NCBI RefSeq assembly: GCF_006345805.1
Contig: NC_043005.1
Location: 92,690,001-92,754,000, forward strand
DNA from: Octopus sinensis
Taxonomy: Eukaryota
Length of the DNA stretch: 64,000 nucleotides
Reading direction: 5' to 3'
Part shown: one piece after another, positions 12,120-20,980 of the stretch
Numbering within the stretch: position 1 is the first letter of the stretch
Layout of the letters: each line of letters opens with the position of its first letter
Program-made: the position numbers and the translations under genes
The notes under the pieces: model-generated
Told to the model about the DNA's origin: nothing
The model's input: only the letters and a program-made list of their open reading frames with translations
Databases searched by the model: none

Positions 12120-13576
12120 GTTTTGATTTGATTTGATTTTCACTTGCCTCAACAGGTCTTCACAAGTGTCACAAGAAGGAGGTATGCACAGGTGGACTGA
12201 CTACGTCCCAGGTAGGGGCCATGGGTTATGGCCTGACTAGTCTTGCCGGGTCTTCGGATGGTGTTTTTATGTGCCATCGACACAGGTGCTAGATGAGGCT
12301 GGCGAACGGCCACGATCGGATGGTGTTTGTCATGTGCCCACCGCACTGACTATGGCACTGATGGATTCTTGTGTGCCCAGGCACTGGTACCACAAGATAC
12401 AAATTCCATTGATGTTCATCTATTTTGTCTATTTTGATTTGATTTGATTTGATTTGATTTTCACTTGCCTCAACGGTCTTCACAAGTGTCACAAGAAGGA
12501 AGGAAGGTATGCACAGGTGGACTGACTAGTCTTGCCGGGTCTTCGGAAGGTGTTTTTATGTGCCACCGACACAGGTGCCAGATGAGGCTGGCGAACGGCC
12601 ATGATCGGATGGTGTTTGTTACGTGCCCACAGCACGGAGGCCGGTCGATGCGGAACTGGCTACGGCCACGTTCGGATGGTTCTCATGTGTGCCACCGGCA
12701 CTGGTACCACAAAGATACAGATTCCATTGATGTTCATCTATTTTGATTTGTTTTGATTTGATTTTCACTTGCCTCAACAGGTCTTCACAAGTGTCACAAG
12801 AAGGAAGGTATGCACAGGTGGACTGACTACGTCCCAGGTAGGGGCCATGGGTTATGGCCTGACTAGTCTTGCGGGTCTTCGGATGGTGTTTTTATGTGCC
12901 ACCGACACAGGTGCTAGATGAGGCTGGCGAACGGCCACGATCGGATGGCCAGTGATGCGGTACTGACTACGGCCACGTTCGGATGGATTCTTGTGTGCCA
13001 CCGGCACTGGTACCACAAGCGGTACTGACTACGGCCACGTTCGGATGGATTCTTGTGTGCCACCGGCACTGGTACCACAAGCGGTACTGACTACGGCCAC
13101 GTTCGGATGGATTCTTGTGTGCCACTGGCACTGGTACCACAAGATACAAATTCCATTGATGTTCATCTATTTTGATTTGTTTTGATTTGATTTGATTTTC
13201 ACTTGCCTCAGCAGGTCTTCACAAGTCGGAAGGTATGTACAGGTGGACTGACTACGTCCCAGGTAGGGCCCACGGGTTATGACCTGACTAGTCTTGCCGG
13301 GTCTTCGGATGGTGTTTTTATGTGCCACCATGTTCCCACAGCACGGAGGCCAGTCGATGCAGTACTGGCTACGGCCACGTTCGGATGGTTTTCTTGTGTG
13401 CCACAGGCACTGGTACCACAAAGATACAAATTCCATTGATGTTCATCTATTTTGATTGATTTTCACTTGCCTCAGCAGGTCTTCACAAGTGTCACAAGAA
13501 GGAAGGTATGCACAGGTGGATCGACTACGTCCCAGGTAGGGGCCACGGGATATGGCCTGACTAGTCCTGCCGGGTC
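12120..13576. repeat. Five ~260-430-bp tandem units containing the RTE stop codon and 3'UTR start
   Basis: CACTTGCCTCA starts at 12141, 12462, 12766, 13200 and 13464; there is a nested 62-bp triplication at ~12957-13140. Confidence 0.9.
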
Positions 13577-16281
13577 CTCTCATGCACAGCACACTTCCAT
13601 AGGACTCGGTCTTCAGTCATTTCCTTGGTGAGACCTAAAGTTCGAAGGTCGTGCTTCACCACCTCGTCCCAGGTTTTCCTGGGTCTACCTCTTCCACAGG
13701 TTCCCTCAACTGCTAGGTTGTAGCACTTTTGCACACAACTATCTTCAGCCATTCTCGTCACATGACCATACCAGCGCAGCCGTCTCTCTTGCACACCACA
13801 ACTGACACTTCTTAGGTTCAACTTTTCTCTCAAAGTACTTACACTCTGTCGATTATGAACACTGACATTACACATCCATCGGAGCATACTGGCTTCATTT
13901 CTTGCAAGCTTACGCATATCCTCAGCTGTCACGGCCCATGTTTCACTACCATGTAGCATGGCTGTACGTACACACGCATCATATAGTCTGCCTTTTACTC
14001 TTAGCGAGAGACCTTTTGTCACCAGCAGGGGTAAGAGCTCTCTAAACTTTGCCCAGGCTATTCTTACTCTAGCAGTTACACTTTCAGCACACCCACCCCC
14101 GCTACTGACTTGGTCTCCTAGGTAGCGGAAGCTATCAACTACTTCTAGTTTGTCTCCCTGGAACGTGGTAGAAGTTGGACTCTCTGCACATTTCCAGTGT
14201 TTATTTCTCCTGAGCATCTGCCACAGACAAAAACTATTTTCTTAGTTAGCCTTCCTTTGACATTGCTGCACCTCTTATGTGTCCATAGCTTACACTTGGT
14301 GCACCTTATAGAGTTTCTACCTACACCTTTTTACAGATCGAGCAGGGCCATCTACCTGAAGTCGTTTGTGGTTGGTCCACCTTCCTACTTATTAGGACTT
14401 TGTTTTGGCTAGGTTGATTCTAAGGCCCTTCGATTCTAATCCTTGTTTCCACACCTGAAACTTCTCCTCCAGTTCTGATAGTGACTCAGCAATTAGAGCA
14501 AGGTCATCAGCATATAGGAGCTCCCAGGGGCATCCTGTCTTAAATTCTTCCGTTATTGCCTGGAGGACTATGATAAATAGGAGGGGGCTGAGGACTGAAC
14601 CTTGGTGGACCCCAACCTCTACCCGGAATTCTTCACTGTACTCGTTGCCAACCCTCACCTTACTAGCTGCGTCTGTACATGGCTCGCACAGCTCTCACTA
14701 ACCATTCATCTATCCCTAGTTTCCTCATTGACCACCAGATAAGGGATCGGGGGACCCTGTCAAAGGCTTTCTCTAAGTCAACAAAAGCCAGGTACAAGGG
14801 CTTACCTTTGGCTAGGTATTTCTCCTGCAGCTGTCTTACCAGGAATATAGCATCAGTAGTACTTTTCCCTGGCACGAACCCAAACTGCATATCATCTAAG
14901 CTAACTCTCTCTCTAATTAACTGGGCTATAACCCTCTCCGTAACCTTCATTACCTGATCCAACAGCTTGATGCCCCTGTAGTTATTTGTATCTAGGGCAT
15001 CGCCTTTACCTTTGTAGCAGTTGACTATTATGCTGCTACACCAGTCATTGGGTATGACTCCTTTGTGTATCACCTGGTTAACTATACGGGTGACTATGCT
15101 ATAGCCGACACTACCAGATATTTTGAGCATCTCTGCAGTAATTCCTGATGGGCCTGGGGCTTTCCCTGTCTTCATGCTTCTAATTGCCTTAGCTACCACG
15201 GAACTATCAACTCGGATAGCTGGTCCCTCTGTTGGGTCAACATTCGGCAGACTCTCTTTATCCCATTCATTTTCATCATTCAGCAACCTTTCATAGTGGC
15301 GTCTCCAAGCTTCTCTCTTTGCATCCTCATTTAACGCAAGTGAACCATCCTCCATGCGAACACATTTCTCTCCTACCACATCTCGATTCTCTCTCACACA
15401 CTGTCTTGCAACACGAAATACCTCAAGTCTTTCATCCTCACGGCGCAGGACATTGGCAAATTTTCTTTTATCTGCTTCCCCTCTGGCTAGATAGACCTGT
15501 CTCCTAGCTTCCCTTCTGGCAGTCTGATACACTTCCCTGCTACCACCGTTCTTCCAGGCCTTCCAAGCCTGTTTCTTTTGTCTAATAGCCCTATCAACAA
15601 TATTGTTCCACCACCATGTTATTTTGGGTCTTAAGGGGACTTTGCACCAGCCACAGATCTGGTCAGCGGCTTTCAGCAGGTTGTCCCTCAGATACGTCCA
15701 GTTGTCTTCTACCCCATGTGTAGCTATACCCCCTTCCACTTCGTCAAAGGCTTCAAGTAACATATCTCTAAATCTCTGTCCATTCGCAGGGTCTTTAAGC
15801 TTCCAGACCTTTCTTCTCCATGTTGGTCGTCTTCTAGTCGCCTCTTAGTCCTGATCCTAAAGTCACTAACTACCAGTCTATGTTGTGGGGTGCATTCTTC
15901 GCCCGGGAAGGTTTTGGCATTTATAAGCAGCCATCTTTCCCTTTTTCTGGCGAGGATGTAGTCGATTTGGCTAGCATGCCGGCCCGATCGGTAGGTGACC
16001 AGGTGGCTTGTTGGTTTCCTGAAGTTAGTGTTGCAGATCATAAGACTATTCGCATCGCAGAACTCCAGCAGCCTGGTTCCCTCCTTGTTGCGGGAACCAT
16101 AACCGTAGCCTCCATGCACGCCATGGAAGCCCCCAGCATGTCGTCCAACATGCCCATTGAAATCACCAGCCACAAAGAGAAGGTCCCTGTCGTTCGTCAA
16201 TGAGGTGGTCTGCAGTAGGGTGTCATAGAAACTGTCTTTCTGTCCATCGGGTACCCTGGCTGAGGGGCATAGGCCGATATA
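13561..16281 (-). pseudogene. RTE ORF, 5'-truncated and frameshifted
   Basis: AGDFNGHVG, IDYIL, YRGIKLL, QFGFVPG, KAFDRVP, YADDL and GRGRPRKTW are all present; breaks are small indels. Confidence 0.92.
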
Positions 16282-16292
16282 TATATATATAT

Positions 16293-16322
<30 letters not shown>
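16277..16322. repeat. (TA)n microsatellite at RTE 5' junction
   Basis: Direct reading. Confidence 0.95.
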
Positions 16323-16324
<2 letters not shown>

Positions 16325-16443
16325 GTTTAAATTGTATTATTTGAACTTATTTTTAATTAAGGTAAAAATAATAAATGACAGTATAATGTCTGATATCTTA
16401 AATCTGGTCGACATTATACATGTTGTATGAATTCAATTCATTA

Positions 16444-16720
16444 TCTCTTATTATAAAAGGCAGATTTTATCTGCCTCCCTTTGGGAGTTATACAAATCTA
16501 CAATATAGGATTTCTTCAATTACAATTTACCTAGCAATTTTGAGAGTAGAATGCATCGCGTCATGCCAGGTCCAGTTTTTAAAATTTAAACTCCAATTAA
16601 GCAAAATTTACAGAAAACTCACATTCCGGTGTGTGTGTCAAATGCTTTTCTTAGTCTGGTTTACACCACACGCAAACGCACACACACAGTGTGCTACGAA
16701 TAAAGTGAAACTAATTCAGT
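16444..16720 (+). mobile_element. Helitron-like 5' segment, copy 1
   Basis: Starts A|TCTCTTATTATAAAAGG (5'-TC after A) and is nearly identical to 17320-17597. No 3' hairpin/CTRR found. Confidence 0.5.
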
Positions 16721-16914
16721 GTGTTGACAGGTAGACAATAGAATGCGATGACGACTATGACGCTGATAGATACATGAGTAAAATGTATGGGAAGCTAACA
16801 CATAAGAGTGAGTGAAAATGTTCTTGGAAGAGAGTAAATAGCCAAAGAGAGTGATTTGAGGAAGACTTTACATTAAATAACTGTAGTGGCTTGTGTTAGT
16901 AATAAAGTAAACAT

Positions 16915-17075
16915 ACACTCATACATACATACATACATACATACATACATACATACATACACACACATACACACACACATACATACATACACACACATAC
17001 ATACATACACACATACATACATACATATACATACATACATACATACATACACACACACACATACACACACACACA
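16915..17075. repeat. (CATA)n/(CA)n compound microsatellite
   Basis: Direct reading. Confidence 0.95.
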
Positions 17076-17319
17076 GTATTGAAGCTTGAGAACAATCAGA
17101 TACATTTGCAACACATCTGTTGAAAATATTATTGTTCACACACATACATATACATATATACATACAGGCAGACAGACAGATAGACACACACACACACACA
17201 CACATGATCCAGCATGGCCACAACCTCAAGGCTGAAACGTATAAAACAATAACAGAATATAAATGTGTGCATGTGTGTGAGAGAGAGAGTGTGTGTGTAT
17301 ATGTATGTATGTATATGTA

Positions 17320-17597
17320 TCTCTTATTATAAAAGGCAGATTTTATCTGCCTCCCTTTGGGAGTTATACAAATCTACAATATAGGATTTCTTCAATTACA
17401 ATTTACCTTGCATTTTTAAAAGTACAATGCATCGCGTCATGCCAGGTCCAGTTTTTAAAATTTAAACTCCAGTTAAGCAAAATTTACAGAAAACTCACAT
17501 TCTGGTGTGTGTGTCAAATGCTTTTCTTAGTCTGGTTTACACCACACGCAAACGCACACACACAGTGGGCAACGAATAAAATGAAAGTAATTCACTT
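17320..17597 (+). mobile_element. Helitron-like 5' segment, copy 2
   Basis: Same A|TC start and ~275 bp of near identity to 16444-16720. Confidence 0.5.
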
Positions 17598-17689
17598 ACT
17601 GTAGTGAGTGATTCTTTCACTCTGATTCCACTTCCTCTTTCCACACAGACACGCAAATATATAAATAAAATTGTAAGCTAACGTGCGTG

Positions 17690-17734
17690 TGTGTGAGTGG
17701 GTGTGTGTGGGTGTGCGCGTGTGTGTGTGTGAGG

Positions 17735-17772
<38 letters not shown>

Positions 17773-17785
17773 GCGTGAGTGTGTG
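17690..17785. repeat. (TG)n compound microsatellite
   Basis: Direct reading. Confidence 0.95.
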
Positions 17786-17838
17786 ACAGGAAAGTTTTTT
17801 TACGACGAATATAACACCTATATCCAAGTAGCAGAAAG

Positions 17839-18210
17839 ATAAGACAGTAAGGTGTGATTTGAGGGAGATTTGGCTGCTATTTCTACCATGTCTAGCTGCC
17901 ATGTAGGGGTCTCCCTCATAGGCTCATACATACATATATACATAGATAAGACAGTAAGGTGTGATTTGGGGGAAATTTGGCTGCTATTTCTACCAGGTCT
18001 AGCTGCCATGTAGGGGTCTCCCTCATAGGCTCATACATACATATATACATAGATAAGACAGTAAGGTGTGATTTGGGGGAAATTTGGCTGCTATTTCTAC
18101 CAGGTCTAGCTACCATGTAGAGGTCCCCCTCATTGGCTCATATATATATACATACATAAGACAGTAAGGTGTGATTTGAGGGAGATTTGGCTGCTGTTTC
18201 TACCAGGTCT
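17839..18210. repeat. 107-bp tandem repeat, ~3.5 units
   Basis: ATAAGACAGTAAGGTGTGATTTG starts at 17839, 17946, 18053 and 18156. Confidence 0.92.
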
Positions 18211-18277
18211 GTTAGGCCTTCTCATGTAAACTCAAGGTTTCTCATGCCTTGAACATATGACCAAAGCAGAGAATGTA

Positions 18278-18530
18278 TTCTTTTATTCTTCTGCTTTTTC
18301 CAGCCATTGGTCTGTGGCCATGCTGGGGCAATGCCTTGAAGAATTGTAGTTTAATGAATCAACTCCAGTTTTATTTTTGTAAGCATTGTACTTATTCTAT
18401 CTGTTTCCTTTGTCAAACCACTAGGTGACAGGTATGTAAACAAACCAACATTCGTTGTCAAGCAGTGGTGGAGGACAATCACAAGCACAGACACGCACAC
18501 ACACACACATACATGCATACACATATACAC
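18278..18530 (-). mobile_element. SINE family 1, 3' portion
   Basis: GGCCATGCTGGGGCA..TACTTATTCTATC..GTTGTCAAGC matches 650-850. Confidence 0.7.
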
Positions 18531-18563
18531 ACATACATATATATATATGTGTGTATATATATA

Positions 18564-18887
18564 TTGCAGCGTGGAAGGTGTTTGTAAGCCATTTAAGAAA
18601 CACACAAAAACCGTTACATTCACTTCAACATTTAAATTTAATTTGGCAAAATATTTTCGTCGCTTTCAGACCGCGACCTGTTCACTGACAAAAATATCGT
18701 GCTAACAGGTCGCGGTCTCAAAGCGACGAAAATATTTTGACAAATTAAATTTAAATGTTGAAGTGAATCTAACGGTTTTTGTGTGTTTCTTAAATGGCTT
18801 ATAAACACCTTCAACGCTGCAACTGTTTTCGTTCCAGCACACGATCTCAGATCAAGTCACTTGCTATGCAAGTACATCTCTGTAACT
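18564..18887. mobile_element. Fold-back (MITE-like) element: 119-bp inverted arms, 21-bp loop, 65-bp extension
   Basis: 18564-18682 is the reverse complement of 18704-18822 with about 5 mismatches; TA tracts flank both sides. Confidence 0.85.
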
Positions 18888-18898
18888 ATATATATATA

Positions 18899-18945
<47 letters not shown>

Positions 18946-19008
18946 TGGTAAAAACAGTAAGATAACAAAAGAAAGTAAGAGACCTCAATATTATGTAAGT
19001 AGAGGAAA

Positions 19009-19403
19009 TCTTTATATATAAAAGTGAGGTTGTGTGTCTGTCTCCTACGATTTAGATTCCTAACTACTCCCACATTTTGCGGTGCAGTTTAACCAAAACC
19101 GGGTATCTTATAGTCGTGATTCATATCGAGACCGTCTGGGTATTAGCGCGCGTCTACGATGAGTCTACGATTTAAAAAAAAAATTACCATCAATTTTTCC
19201 CATTTTTAATCCATTTTTGACATATATAAGGGAAGTAACTCTCTAAAATTTATTTTTAAATCTCAGAACGTAAAAAGCTACAGTAACACCCCTCCCCCTT
19301 TGTGGTTAGCCATATTGAGATGGCTATTATACTTTACATCTCTAAAAATGCTTATATAATTATTTCCCTTACAAACCCGAGCAACGCCGGGCGATACTGC
19401 TAG
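19009..19403 (+). mobile_element. Non-autonomous Helitron
   Basis: A|TCTTTATATATAAAAG 5' end; CCCGAGCAACGCCGGG hairpin ~8 nt before CTAG|T 3' end; no TSD. Confidence 0.88.
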
Positions 19404-19416
19404 TGTATATATATAT

Positions 19417-20010
19417 AATAATGCGGTTTTTTCAACAGCTTGAACTAAATGTCAGAGGGGAATGGGATAAACTACTTATATTAACTTGCTATAAAAGCAG
19501 GTAGTAATTTTATCTTGTCCTTATTCATAGTGCAAGTTTTGAAGAGTACATTTCGATTTTAACAGCTATTTTTTTCAAAGCTATATTGGAAGTAACAAAG
19601 GAGCATATTTGGCATATTTTGCTTTATGAGTTCAATAAAGACAACAACGCAACGGAAAGTACAAGAAATATTAATGCATTATATGGGGATTGGACAATAA
19701 GCGTAAGGCAGTGTCAATGGTGGTTCCAGAAATTCCGAGCCATAAACTACAGGCTAGAAGACGAGCCTCATCCTGAAAGATCTGTAGAACTCGACAAGGA
19801 CATCCTGAAAACCCTGGTGGAACAAAATCTCATCGTAACTGTTGAGGAACTAGCAGAGAAGCTTGGATTTGGTCATTCAACCATTCATTGAGACTGTGTG
19901 CTATCGGAAAAGTCAGCAAATTGGGTCAATGGGTTCCTCACGAACTTTCCGAGTCTAATTGCATGCAGAGAGTGAATGTATGCTTTTCTTTGCTGTCACA
20001 TCTCACCACT
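19417..20010 (+). mobile_element. mariner (Tc1/mariner) remnant, N-terminal transposase
   Basis: ORF 19586-19891 (HIWHILLYEF..WFQKFR..LEDEPH..ELAEKLG) is a mariner HTH region; a WVPHEL motif follows; partial TIR-like ATGCGGTTTTTT. Confidence 0.85.
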
Positions 20011-20025
20011 ACTGCGCTATGTATA

Positions 20026-20662
20026 TCTATATATATAAAACTGTAGTTGTGTGAGTGTCTGTCCCCTTCGATTTACATTCCTAACTACTCCCACATTTTG
20101 CAGTGCAGTTTAACCAAATTCGGGTAGCTTATAGTCGTGATTCATATCGAGCCCGTCTGAGTATTAGCGCGCGTCTACGATGAGTCTACGATTTTAAAAA
20201 TAATTTAACATCATTTTTTATTCCATTTTAATGCATAATTTTTCGTGTGTCGATGGCGGCGGAGTTGGCGTCCACGCTCACACCTGCACCTGTGGGGAAG
20301 GGAGTGTAAGGAAATCAACGTCGTAATGCGTTGTCAAGGAGACCAGCGTTCTTTTAGAACAACGACTTCATGGCTTGAAGACACCAAAACAGAAATGGCT
20401 AAGAAAGCGTCTACATGAGTCTACGATTTAAAAAAAAATTTACCATCGTTTTTTTTCCATTTTAATGCATTTTTTCGCTATTATATAAGGGAAGTAACTC
20501 TCTAAAAATGTCTACGATGAGTCAACGATTTAAAAAAAAATTTACCATCATATTTTTTCCATTTTTAATGCATTTTTTGCTATTTTTTGGCTATAACTCT
20601 CTAAAAATGCTTATATAGTTATTTCCCTTACAAACCCGAGCAACGCCGGGCGATACTGCTAG
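20026..20662 (+). mobile_element. Non-autonomous Helitron, same family as 19009-19403
   Basis: A|TCTATATATATAAAA start; identical hairpin and CTAG|T end; shares ~170 bp 5' and ~75 bp 3' with the first copy. Confidence 0.88.
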
Positions 20663-20980
20663 TGTATTGATAATCCTTAAATAATATTAAACAGATATTC
20701 CAAAGATAATTGTAGAATCGTTCACTGTTCTGTTTAACCTTCTGTTTGTTATGTAGGTTAGATTGTATAAACATCAACATTATCATCACCATCATCATCA
20801 TCATCATCATCATCACATGTCTATTTCTCTGGTAAGGGTTGAACCAGTCACATAGTATTTGTTACTCATCTTTGATCCTTTGTCTCACACACACACAGAG
20901 CAAAGTAGCCATCTTATTGTGTGTCTCATTTATTTTGTCTTTTTTACAGTGTATACTCTTCCTTTGACCAATCATTTAAG

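Larger units (their letters stand above)
11491..16281 (-). mobile_element. RTE LINE copy 2, 5'-truncated, with expanded ~2.07-kb 3'UTR
   Basis: EN (partial), RT and C-terminal ORF fragments (15724-16200, 14663-15763, 14392-14658, 13561-14217); (CAT)n tail at 11491; (TA)n on both flanks. Confidence 0.93.

Noticed and set aside
11670-13560. CRISPR-like repeat-spacer array
   Set aside because: Units are whole duplications inside a LINE 3'UTR; the variable parts are subfamily-specific, not unique spacers.
16873-17229. ORFs rich in CV/HT/IY (also 18783-19073, 24039-24685, 38792-39035, 61775-62522)
   Set aside because: Translations of microsatellite or low-complexity DNA.
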